NCBI GenBank assembly: GCA_044448765.1 | Contig: JBIOHG010000012.1 | Location: forward strand, 4,504-68,503 | Direction of reading: 5' to 3' | Length of the DNA stretch: 64,000 bases | Source: Sphingobacteriales bacterium | Lineage (GTDB): Bacteria; Bacteroidota; Bacteroidia; Sphingobacteriales; Sphingobacteriaceae | Notes under the pieces: generated by a model | What the model was told of the DNA's origin: nothing | What the model saw: the letters and a program-made list of their open reading frames with translations, nothing else | Database searches by the model: none | In this document: in pieces, positions 1 through 8,178 of the stretch | How the letters are laid out: each line of letters begins with the position of its first letter | Position numbering within the stretch: the stretch's first letter is position 1 | Translations under genes and position numbers: made by a program

Positions 1-2500
1 TCTCCTTGGCGAAATGCACCATCTCGTCCAGCGACGGCGTAATTAAACCACTCAACCCTATAATATCTACCTGTTGTTTTTTGGCTTCTTCAATAATGCG
101 TTGCGCGGGAACCATCACCCCAAGGTCTACAACCTCGAAGTTATTGCAAGCCAGTACAACACCTACTATGTTTTTGCCAATATCGTGTACATCGCCTTTA
201 ACAGTCGCCATTAATACTTTGCCCGCATTGGCGCGGCTCGCGCTGCTATCTTCACCTGCATCTATCACGCGCTGTTTTTCCAGTTCGATAAAAGGCAGCA
301 AATAAGCCACCGCCTTTTTCATTACGCGCGCCGATTTTACCACCTGCGGCAAAAACATCTTACCTGAACCAAACAGGTCGCCCACCACGTTCATACCATC
401 CATCAATGGGCCTTCGATTACTTCCAATGGCTTGGCAAATTTTTGACGGGCTTCTTCCACATCATCATCCAGGTATTCGATAATTCCTTTTACCAGGGCG
501 TGTGACAGGCGCTCTTCAACCGGAGCCTTACGCCATTCCTCATCGCGAACTATCTCTTTGCCTTTTGATTTGATGGTTTCGGCAAACTCCACCAAACGCT
601 CGGTTGCATCCGGACGGCGGTTGAGTAAAACGTCTACCACCATCTCAAGCAGGTCCTTCGGTATCTCTTCATAGACTTCCAGCATACCGGCGTTTACAAT
701 ACCCATGTCCAAACCCGCCTTAATGGCATGGTACAAAAATGCCGAGTGCATGGCCTCGCGCACGGTATTATTACCCCTGAACGAGAAGGAAATATTACTT
801 ACCCCACCGCTCACTTTGGCAAAAGGCAGGTTTTGTTTTATCCAGCGGGTAGCTTCAATAAAGTCGACCGCGTAATTATTATGCTCTTCTAAACCGGTTG
901 CAACCGTGAGGATATTGGGGTCGAAAATGATATCCTGCGGCGGGAAACCGATCTCATCAACAAGTATATCGTAGCTGCGTTTGCAAATTTCGATACGTCG
1001 CGCTAAGGAATCGGCCTGGCCCTGTTCGTCAAATGCCATTACCACCACGGCGGCGCCATAGCTTTGTATTTTACGTGCCTGGTCCTTAAATTTTTCTTCG
1101 CCTTCTTTTAGTGAGATGGAGTTAACGATACCTTTTCCCTGCAAACATTTCAACCCGGCTTCGATTACTGTCCATTTGGAGGAATCCACCATGATAGGCA
1201 GTTTGGCAATATCCGGTTCAGAGGCGATAAGGTTTAAAAACTTTACCATGGCCGCTTCCGAATCGATCATCCCCTCATCCATGTTCACGTCTATTACCTG
1301 CGCACCGCCCTCCACCTGCTGGCGTGCTACAACCAAAGCACCTTCGTAATCCTCGCCCAAAATAAGCTTAGAGAATTTGGGCGAACCCGTAATATTGGTA
1401 CGCTCGCCAATATTAGCGAAGTTTGTTTCAGGCGTCAGGGTAACGGATTCCAATCCGCTTAAGCGCATGTAAGGCTCAATTGTTGGTACTATGCGCGGCG
1501 TAGCCTGTGCCGCTTTTTCGGCAATGCAGCGGATATGGTCGGGCGTGGTACCGCAGCAACCGCCAACGATATTAGCCATTCCAAAATCAAGGAAATCTTC
1601 AACTAAATGCGCTGTTTCGTGCGGCATTTCGTCATAACCGCCAAATTCGTTAGGCAGGCCGGCGTTAGGATAGGCCGAAATAAACACATCGGCTTTTTCT
1701 GAAAGCTCCAGTAAATGCGGGCGCATTTCTTTGGCACCCAAAGCACAATTCAAGCCTACAGATAATAAACCGGCATGACGCACCGAATTCCAGAACGCCT
1801 CAACCGTTTGCCCCGAAAGCGTACGTCCCGAAGCATCGGTAATAGTACCCGAGATCATAATATTGCCCGTGCTGCGATATAAAGAGCGCTCTTTCCCGGC
1901 AGCGCGGCATTCATTTTCATACCGTTTGATGGCGAACAAAGCCGCCTTGGCGTTCAGTGTATCAAATATGGTTTCGATCAGCAACAAGTCAGATCCCCCA
2001 TCGACCAACCCGCGAACCTGTTCATAATAAGCTTCGGCGAGGTCATCAAAATTGACAGCACGGTAACCCGGATCGTTTACATCCGGCGACATAGAAGCCG
2101 TACGATTGGTCGGCCCGACAGCGCCTGCCACAAATACCGGCTTTTCGGGGTGCTTTTCGTTGTGTTCATCGGCTACTTCGCGGGCTAAACGCGCACCTTC
2201 GTAGCTTAACTCGTAAGCCAGCTCCTCCATGTGGTAGTCGGCCAATGAAATGCGCTGCGTGCTGAAGGTGTTGGTCTCGATTATATCAGCACCGGCATTA
2301 ATATATTCCTGGTGAATGGCTTTGATCACATCCGGGCGGGTCAAATTCAACAGGTCGTTATTGCCTTTCAGGTCAGAAATATGGTCACGAAAACGCTCCC
2401 CACGAACATCCTCCTCGGTCAATTGGTACCGTTGTATCATGGTACCCATTGCACCGTCAATTACCAATACGCGTTTTTGTAGTTCTTTTCTAATGTCCAT
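1..2500 (-). CDS. metH: Cobalamin-dependent methionine synthase (5' part; runs off the window start)
   Basis: Manual translation from the ATG at 2500 gives [23 protein letters not shown]..., with GGCCGT, IGERTN and the B12 motif GDVHDIGKN. Absent from the ORF track because it is truncated. Confidence 0.96.
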   Translation of the reverse strand, partial: MDIRKELQKRVLVIDGAMGTMIQRYQLTEEDVRGERFRDHISDLKGNNDLLNLTRPDVIKAIHQEYINAGADIIETNTFSTQRISLADYHMEELAYELSYEGARLAREVADEHNEKHPEKPVFVAGAVGPTNRTASMSPDVNDPGYRAVNFDDLAEAYYEQVRGLVDGGSDLLLIETIFDTLNAKAALFAIKRYENECRAAGKERSLYRSTGNIMISGTITDASGRTLSGQTVEAFWNSVRHAGLLSVGLNCALGAKEMRPHLLELSEKADVFISAYPNAGLPNEFGGYDEMPHETAHLVEDFLDFGMANIVGGCCGTTPDHIRCIAEKAAQATPRIVPTIEPYMRLSGLESVTLTPETNFANIGERTNITGSPKFSKLILGEDYEGALVVARQQVEGGAQVIDVNMDEGMIDSEAAMVKFLNLIASEPDIAKLPIMVDSSKWTVIEAGLKCLQGKGIVNSISLKEGEEKFKDQARKIQSYGAAVVVMAFDEQGQADSLARRIEICKRSYDILVDEIGFPPQDIIFDPNILTVATGLEEHNNYAVDFIEATRWIKQNLPFAKVSGGVSNISFSFRGNNTVREAMHSAFLYHAIKAGLDMGIVNAGMLEVYEEIPKDLLEMVVDVLLNRRPDATERLVEFAETIKSKGKEIVRDEEWRKAPVEERLSHALVKGIIEYLDDDVEEARQKFAKPLEVIEGPLMDGMNVVGDLFGSGKMFLPQVVKSARVMKKAVAYLLPFIELEKQRVIDAGEDSSASRANAGKVLMATVKGDVHDIGKNIVGVVLACNNFEVVDLGVMVPAQRIIEEAKKQQVDIIGLSGLITPSLDEMVHFAKE

Positions 2501-2504
2501 TTTT

Positions 2505-2592
2505 ATAGATATGAGATGTGAGATATGAGATGTGAGACAAAAGAAACGGCAAAAAATCCATCTCAAATCTCAAATCTAGTATCTCATATCTA
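2505..2592. repeat. Inverted pair of heptamer tandem repeats (TGAGATR / ATCTCA) in the metH leader
   Basis: atgagatgtgagatatgagatgtgaga followed by atctcaaatctcaaatctagtatctcatatct. Confidence 0.75.
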
Positions 2593-2634
2593 ACAACAGC
2601 TTATAACGAAAAGTCGGATATAATGTTGACTCCC

Positions 2635-2743
2635 GCTTATCTTTCCTAACCCTTTTTGAGGCGGTTAAGTAGAACGTAGCACCTTGTAAGCACAGGTTGC
2701 TAAGACATCGCAGGGTCTAATCCCTCCGTCTTTCTCTATAAGC
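2635..2743 (-). promoter_or_regulatory. SAM-I (S-box) riboswitch upstream of metH
   Basis: Minus strand reads CTTATAGAG...GGAGGGATTAGACCC..GA...GCAACC...GGTGCTA..TTC...GAAAGATAAG, matching the SAM-I core, and lies directly 5' of metH. Confidence 0.92.
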
Positions 2744-2866
2744 AGTGCAAATTTGCACAATAAGGTTGTAATATCAAAATAGAGCGGGCGGGCTTTGTGT
2801 TGAGAGAGTGTCAGTTTTGCGATGTGCTAAATATAAGATAAAGCAACGTCAAGCATCAATGTTAAG

Positions 2867-3130
2867 TTAGAAGTGACCTTTTAACTCAAAATTAGTGATT
2901 AAACCCACCAGAAACATCGCGGCGAATAGTACACTAAGGATTATTCCCCAGGATTTCATTGTAGGCACTTTAAACATCATCCAGCTAATTATTCCTGCGG
3001 CGACTAACCCCACGATTCCTCTGCCGTACAATCTATTAATTATGATTCCGATAGAACCCGCCAAAAGGAATAACACAATCAAAATACCCATTAATCTATA
3101 AACGATTAAATTGAGTCTTGCCCAGTTCAT
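2867..3130 (-). CDS. Small hypothetical membrane protein (about 3 TM; immunity-like)
   Basis: 87-aa hydrophobic ORF in AT-rich DNA. Confidence 0.6.
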   Translation of the reverse strand: MNWARLNLIVYRLMGILIVLFLLAGSIGIIINRLYGRGIVGLVAAGIISWMMFKVPTMKSWGIILSVLFAAMFLVGLITNFELKGHF

Positions 3131-3222
3131 ATTTTTGAATTTTTGCTAAGATACTGCGATAAAGTATTATGTTAAATTTCAAATTGCAATTTCGCAAAAC
3201 GATTAAATTTCGCCGGTAGCTT

Positions 3223-3453
3223 GAATACTTTTAAATACCACTTCCAATTTCACTCAAATAAAAATTTCAAAGAACAATTTTGATCATTCATCACGAATAA
3301 TCTATATCCTGAGCGGGGTTTAGAAAAAAAACCGGGATATATACAAATTTACAAAAGGCCTTTGGACAAAGTGGTGACAGTGTTTTGTCAGTAGTGGTAG
3401 CTAACCAAAATACTTTTACACACCATTTCCGATTTCGCCCGAAGAGTGGCAAC
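3223..3453. repeat. 231-bp direct repeat, copy A, with internal 28-bp terminal repeats
   Basis: Aligns end to end with 4155-4385. Confidence 0.9.
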
Positions 3454-3459
3454 ACCTGC

Positions 3460-3650
3460 TGTTCGTAGACTTTGTCTACGAATTTGCTATGCCTGTAGTC
3501 TGCAGACTACAGGTTGTCACGTCCTAAGTTTTAAACTTCGGACAGCGGGTATTTCGCCTTTTTGGTTGTTGTTGCCAACAAAGCTATAAACTATCTTATA
3601 TCTTTTAATTAATCCTTGCGTAGCTTGTTGATGACAACACCAACAAATAA
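3460..3650. repeat. Cluster of short REP-like palindromes
   Basis: TTCGTAGAC-TTT-GTCTACGAA, CCTGTAGTCTGCAGACTACAGG, GTCCTAAGTTTTAAACTTCGGAC and TTGTTG..CAACAA units. Confidence 0.6.
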
Positions 3651-3661
3651 ATTTATTAAGT

Positions 3662-4099
3662 TTGAATATGAGATGGCCAGATTTTTTATTGTATTACATA
3701 ACTGAGTATTATGGAAAAAAGAAAATAGATAGAGGACAGTGGAGTTCAAAATTAAGGCGGGCTGTTTTTAGCGTTGGGCTAATTATATCATTGAATTTAT
3801 TCACTTTTTTTGAAATCTTTTATTTTCTTATCACTAAAAGAAATTTTTTAGACTTAAATTATGCTGGGTTAATTTTAATTTTCTTTGTAGTTGTGATCAT
3901 ACAGGTAATACGTTACATATATATCGTAAAAAAACGTTACGAGTTTATTAAATCATCAGAATATACAAGGTTACGATCAACTACCCGTCCTAATTTTTTT
4001 GCTATTATGGCAATATTTTCGCTTTCATTTATTTTCGCTTTCATGATAGGTATTTTAATAAACTTATATATGAAGGCACATAATATGCCTATTATTTAG
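3662..4099 (+). CDS. Hypothetical multi-pass membrane protein (immunity-like; likely start ATG 3668)
   Basis: 145-aa very AT-rich ORF with three hydrophobic segments, lying between the two 231-bp repeats. Confidence 0.7.
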   Translation: MNMRWPDFLLYYITEYYGKKKIDRGQWSSKLRRAVFSVGLIISLNLFTFFEIFYFLITKRNFLDLNYAGLILIFFVVVIIQVIRYIYIVKKRYEFIKSSEYTRLRSTTRPNFFAIMAIFSLSFIFAFMIGILINLYMKAHNMPII

Positions 4100-4154
4100 C
4101 CTGCCCCTTAAAAGCCATTAAGGACACTTGCTATTTACCCTCTCACCATTGTTC

Positions 4155-4385
4155 GAATACTTTTAAACACCATTTCCAATTTCCGCCAAATAAAAATTTC
4201 AAAGAACAATTTTGATCGTTCATCACGAATGACCGATATCCAGATCTGGTCTTAGACCCTTACCCGGTATATATACAAATTTACGAAAGCCCTTTGGATA
4301 AAGTGGTGACAGTGTTTTGTCAGTAGGCGTAACTAACCAAAATACTTTTAAACACCATTTCCAATTTCGCCCAAGGAGTGGCAAC
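4155..4385. repeat. 231-bp direct repeat, copy B
   Basis: Homologous to 3223-3453; contains AATACTTTTAAACACCATTTCCAATTTC twice (4156-4183 and 4341-4368). Confidence 0.9.
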
Positions 4386-4408
4386 TTGCGACCTCGATAT
4401 TGTGAGAT

Positions 4409-6685
4409 ATGAACACCCATTATAAGAAGATAGCTTTAGAACTGAATATAGCTGAAAAGCAGGTTAGCACCACTGCCGCCCTGCTGGACGAAGGGGCAAC
4501 CGTTCCCTTTATTTCCCGTTACCGCAAGGAAATGACCGGCAGCCTGGATGAAGTACAGGTAGCCGCCATCCGCGACCGCGTGGAGCAACTGCGCGAACTG
4601 GATAAACGCCGCGAAGCCATCCTGAAGTCGCTAACCGAAATGGGCAAGCTGACACCGGAACTGGAAAGGCAAGTAAACGAAGCGGAAACGATGGTTGCAC
4701 TGGAGGATATCTACCTGCCCTATCGCCCAAAACGGAAAACACGTGCCACCACCGCACGTGAAAGAGGCCTGCAGCCACTGGCTGATCTGATCTTACAGCA
4801 AGGCCGGACAGACCTTGAGCTGGAAGCTGCCAAATATATTGATGAAGAAAAAGGTGTAAAATCAGTTGAAGAAGCGCTTGCCGGTGCAAGGGATATCATT
4901 GCCGAACACATCAGCGAAAATGCCGAAGTGCGCACTAGAATGCGGGCTTTGTTTTTAGAAAAGGGCACACTGCTATCTAAAGCAGTTCCCGGTAAGGAAG
5001 AAACCGGCATCAAGTATAAAGACTATTTCGACTGGACGGAACCGGTTAAATCTATCCCCTCGCACCGCATACTCGCCATCCGCCGCGGCGAAAAAGAAGA
5101 AATGCTTTGGATGGATATACAACCACCCGAGGATGCTGCGATTGCTTTGTTGGAAAATCTGTTTGTAAAAGGAAATAATGAGTCGGCACAACAGGTAAAA
5201 CTGGCCATTGCCGATGGTTATAAGCGCTTGCTGAAACCCTCGATGGAAACCGAGATACGCCTGTTTACCAAAAAGAAAGCGGACGAAGAAGCCATAAGGG
5301 TTTTCGCAGAAAATGCGAGGCAGTTATTGATGGCTGCGCCGCTTGGCCAAAAGCGCACCCTGGCTATCGATCCGGGCTTTCGTACCGGTTGCAAAGTAGT
5401 TTGTTTGGATGAACAGGGTAAGCTATTAGAATATACAGCTATTTTCCCGCATACCGGTGCGGGCGGTCAAAAAGAAGCTGAAAAAACAACGCGCCATTTA
5501 GTCGAAAAATACAACATCGAATCCATTGCCATTGGTAATGGTACGGCGGGCCGTGAGACTGAGCTTTTTGTGCGAAACCTGGGTTTAACAAGCGTCAATA
5601 TTGTGATGGTGAATGAAAGCGGTGCATCCATTTACTCTGCGTCAGATGTGGCGCGCGAGGAATTCCCGGATAAAGACGTAACGGTAAGAGGTGCGGTCTC
5701 AATCGGTCGCCGTTTGATGGATCCTTTGGCCGAATTGGTAAAGATCGACCCAAAATCTATTGGAGTCGGTCAGTACCAGCACGATGTGGACCAGGCTAAA
5801 CTGCAAACTTCACTGGATGATACGGTGATCAGTTGTGTAAACGCCGTTGGGGTTGAGTTAAATACGGCATCCAAACAGGTACTTGCATACGTGTCGGGCC
5901 TTGGCCCGCAACTGGCGCAAAATATTGTTGAATATCGCAATGAGCATGGCGCGTTTAAACGCCGGGAACAGTTAAAGAAAGTTGCGCGCCTTGGCGATAA
6001 AGCATTCGAACAAGCCGCAGGCTTTTTGCGCATCCGCGATGCAGAAAATCCGTTGGATACCAGTGCCGTGCACCCCGAGAGTTATGCTTTGGTGGAGAAA
6101 ATGGCTAAAGATCTCAAATGCTCTGTAAAGGAAATGATGAGCGATACCCAAATGCGCAAAAGCATCCCGCTGCAAAAGTATGTAACCGATACCGTTGGCC
6201 TGCCTACCCTGAATGATATTATAGCCGAACTGGCCAAACCTGGCCGCGACCCGCGCGAGCAATTCGAGGCCTTTAGCTTTACAGAAGGCGTGAATTCTAT
6301 AGGTGATTTAAAGATCGGCATGAAACTGCCCGGTATTGTAACTAACATCACCAACTTCGGCGCATTCATAGATATCGGTGTGCACCAGGATGGCTTGGTG
6401 CATTTGAGCCAGATCACGCACCGCTATATTAAAGATCCGAATGAGGTTTTAAAAGTAAGCCAAAAGGTGGAAGTAACCGTAACCGAGGTTGATGCAAACC
6501 GCAAAAGGATATCGCTATCAATGAAAGTGAACGAACCAAGTGAACAGCCGAAACTGCGCGAACAATTTAAACCTCGGGAACAGCAGAAATATCAGCCTAA
6601 ACCCGCCCCGCAAAAGAAAACGCAGGAGCAGCCGGAAACGGACATGGCTATAAAGCTGGCGGCGTTGAGGGGGAAATTTAAATAA
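4409..6685 (+). CDS. tex: Tex family RNA-binding transcription accessory protein
   Basis: GATVPFISRYRKE N-terminus, YqgF-like DPGFRTGCK, HhH motifs and C-terminal S1 domain. Confidence 0.96.
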   Translation: MNTHYKKIALELNIAEKQVSTTAALLDEGATVPFISRYRKEMTGSLDEVQVAAIRDRVEQLRELDKRREAILKSLTEMGKLTPELERQVNEAETMVALEDIYLPYRPKRKTRATTARERGLQPLADLILQQGRTDLELEAAKYIDEEKGVKSVEEALAGARDIIAEHISENAEVRTRMRALFLEKGTLLSKAVPGKEETGIKYKDYFDWTEPVKSIPSHRILAIRRGEKEEMLWMDIQPPEDAAIALLENLFVKGNNESAQQVKLAIADGYKRLLKPSMETEIRLFTKKKADEEAIRVFAENARQLLMAAPLGQKRTLAIDPGFRTGCKVVCLDEQGKLLEYTAIFPHTGAGGQKEAEKTTRHLVEKYNIESIAIGNGTAGRETELFVRNLGLTSVNIVMVNESGASIYSASDVAREEFPDKDVTVRGAVSIGRRLMDPLAELVKIDPKSIGVGQYQHDVDQAKLQTSLDDTVISCVNAVGVELNTASKQVLAYVSGLGPQLAQNIVEYRNEHGAFKRREQLKKVARLGDKAFEQAAGFLRIRDAENPLDTSAVHPESYALVEKMAKDLKCSVKEMMSDTQMRKSIPLQKYVTDTVGLPTLNDIIAELAKPGRDPREQFEAFSFTEGVNSIGDLKIGMKLPGIVTNITNFGAFIDIGVHQDGLVHLSQITHRYIKDPNEVLKVSQKVEVTVTEVDANRKRISLSMKVNEPSEQPKLREQFKPREQQKYQPKPAPQKKTQEQPETDMAIKLAALRGKFK

Positions 6686-6695
6686 ATGGGATTTC

Positions 6696-6723
6696 GTAGA
6701 GACGCGATGCATCGCGTCTCTAC
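6696..6723. repeat. GTAG-type REP palindrome
   Basis: Perfect palindrome GTAGAGACGCGATGCATCGCGTCTCTAC; second copy at 42112-42139. Confidence 0.85.
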
Positions 6724-6753
6724 CCGCCAAAAAAGAAAAATTTAAGTAAAATT

Positions 6754-7230
6754 TTATTCCAAAGTGATCTGTCTCCTGATGCTTTCTTCTAATGAAATAA
6801 ACGTTTCAGTGCGCTGAATACCTTTTACGCCTTGTATGTTTTCGTTTAATACCTCGCGCAGGTGATTGGTATCATGGCACACAATTTTGGCGAAGATGCT
6901 GTAGCTGCCGGTGGTGTAATGCAGCTCCACAATTTCCTTTACGGCTTTCAGTTGTTTTACGGCTTCGTGGTACTGCGAACCCTTTTCCAGGTAAATGCCC
7001 AAAAATGCCGTAATATCATAGCCCAATTTCTGCGGATCGACCTCTAAACTGGCCCCTTTGATGACGCCCATTTCTTCTAATTTTTTCATGCGGACGTGGA
7101 TAGTTCCGCCGGAAACGATCAATTCCTTGGCGATTTCGGTGTAAGGAGTGGTCGCATTTTTCATTAATATCGATAAAATCTGTATGTCGAGATTATCAAT
7201 TTCTAAATTTTGAGCTTTTCTGTGGGACAT
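6754..7230 (-). CDS. asnC: Lrp/AsnC family regulator, AsnC-like
   Basis: IDNLD..IL..LM.NA.T.Y.E.AK...VS.GTIHVR, HYTTG.YSIF.K and TET.ISL closely follow E. coli AsnC. Confidence 0.85.
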   Translation of the reverse strand: MSHRKAQNLEIDNLDIQILSILMKNATTPYTEIAKELIVSGGTIHVRMKKLEEMGVIKGASLEVDPQKLGYDITAFLGIYLEKGSQYHEAVKQLKAVKEIVELHYTTGSYSIFAKIVCHDTNHLREVLNENIQGVKGIQRTETFISLEESIRRQITLE

Positions 7231-7303
7231 AAATTTTGATTTCTGTATTCAAATACAAGTTTAATTAAAATAAAATTAAAAATGCAAATATATTATTGAA
7301 ATA

Positions 7304-7370
7304 TTTGCAAGAAATTGATACTCCTGTTAGATTTGTATTAAGCGTCGGGATGATGCTTTCCGTTCTTTAA
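7304..7370 (+). promoter_or_regulatory. Bacteroidetes housekeeping promoter plus boxA-like element driving the tRNA-like pair
   Basis: TTTG near 7304, TAGATTTG (TAnnTTTG) at 7328-7335, and GTTCTTTAA at 7362-7370. Confidence 0.6.
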
Positions 7371-7381
7371 ATAAAAAATAA

Positions 7382-7496
7382 TGTTGGGTGGTGAAATTTA
7401 TGGCAGACACACCTCCTTGTCCCGGTGGCGGAGATCATGGGAAATTGGCTTCGGCTGACTAACCACTCCTTGAAGGTTCGACCCCTTCCCCAACAG
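7382..7496 (+). ncRNA. tRNA-Asp(GUC)-like RNA with ~40-nt variable arm, copy 1
   Basis: Acceptor TGTTGGG/CCCAACA, D arm GTG..GGCAGA-CAC, anticodon arm CCTCC-TTGTCCC-GGTGG, T arm GAAGG-TTCGACC-CCTTC, discriminator G. Confidence 0.85.
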
Positions 7497-7524
7497 CACT
7501 CCCGCGCGATGCGGGATTATATAC

Positions 7525-7640
7525 TGTAGGATGGTGAAATTTATGGCAGACACACCTCCTTGTCGCGGTGGCGAAGGTCTTGCGAAACTCTTAGCAATAA
7601 GAATAAGCACTTCGTGAAGGTTCGACTCCTTCTCCTACAG
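7525..7640 (+). ncRNA. tRNA-Asp(GUC)-like RNA with ~40-nt variable arm, copy 2
   Basis: Acceptor TGTAGGA/TCCTACA, identical D arm, CCTCC-TTGTCGC-GGTGG, T arm GAAGG-TTCGACT-CCTTC, discriminator G. Confidence 0.85.
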
Positions 7641-7671
7641 CCCTTCTCATAATTTAGGTTTATAATTGGTT

Positions 7672-7710
7672 AGTAAAGACCCCTGCCCATCAGGGGCTTT
7701 GCTGTTTTTA
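7672..7710 (+). terminator. Probable intrinsic terminator after the tRNA-like pair
   Basis: AGTAAAGACCCCTG-cccat-CAGGGGCTTTGCT followed by GTTTTT. Confidence 0.6.
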
Positions 7711-7794
7711 TGCCTTTCGTTTCCAGCCATACCAAACCCGTAACTAATAACTGCCAACTGATTAATTATACTATCTTTAGAAAAATTAGCCCGC

Positions 7795-8076
7795 ATGATA
7801 CTCTTTTCGAGAAGAAACTTATTCTACAGCGATTATAAATGGAGTACCTACGTGCCAAACGACCCGCGCACCAACGGCAAGCCTGATGAAACGCCTTTTG
7901 CCAAAGACGAAGGCAACGAGGTGGTTTACCTCATCAACAGGCTGATGATGCTTTGGGATTACCGCTTCTCAAACACCGGCAATAAAATGGAAAAATTGAT
8001 CCACGATAAGATGCCTGTAGATATTGTTTCGCAGGAAGATGTGCAGCAATGGCTTAAAGCGAACCTGAAATTCTGA
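7795..8076 (+). CDS. Hypothetical protein
   Basis: 93-aa ORF with plausible composition and TATCTTT promoter-like sequence upstream. Confidence 0.7.
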   Translation: MILFSRRNLFYSDYKWSTYVPNDPRTNGKPDETPFAKDEGNEVVYLINRLMMLWDYRFSNTGNKMEKLIHDKMPVDIVSQEDVQQWLKANLKF

Positions 8077-8082
8077 TACAAC

Positions 8083-8162
8083 AGACTTACGAAGTTTAAC
8101 TCGGGTTGTCTGTTTTCAATGGCCTCGTTGAGGGCTTTGCCGTTTTAAAACTTCGTAAGTCT
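8083..8162. repeat. REP-like inverted repeat AGACTTACGAAGTTT...AAACTTCGTAAGTCT with ~50-bp central insert
   Basis: 15-bp perfect arms; a compact version lies at 31551-31582. Confidence 0.7.
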
Positions 8163-8178
8163 TGTCCAATGCTCAATA

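Noticed and set aside
6-2528. Short plus-strand ORFs in the track
   Set aside because: Antisense to metH, which the track missed because it is truncated.
3224-4368. Four 28-bp direct repeats as a CRISPR array
   Set aside because: Intervening segments are 157 bp or longer and two are homologous to each other; no cas genes in the window.
7398-7610. 70-aa minus-strand ORF
   Set aside because: Antisense shadow of the tRNA-like RNAs.
7382-7640. Calling the two RNAs ordinary tRNA-Asp, tRNA-Leu/Ser, tRNA-Sec or tmRNA
   Set aside because: Length ~115 nt, GUC anticodon with an oversized variable arm, and an anticodon-stem mismatch. No UCA anticodon and no tag reading frame. Reported as tRNA-like ncRNA instead.
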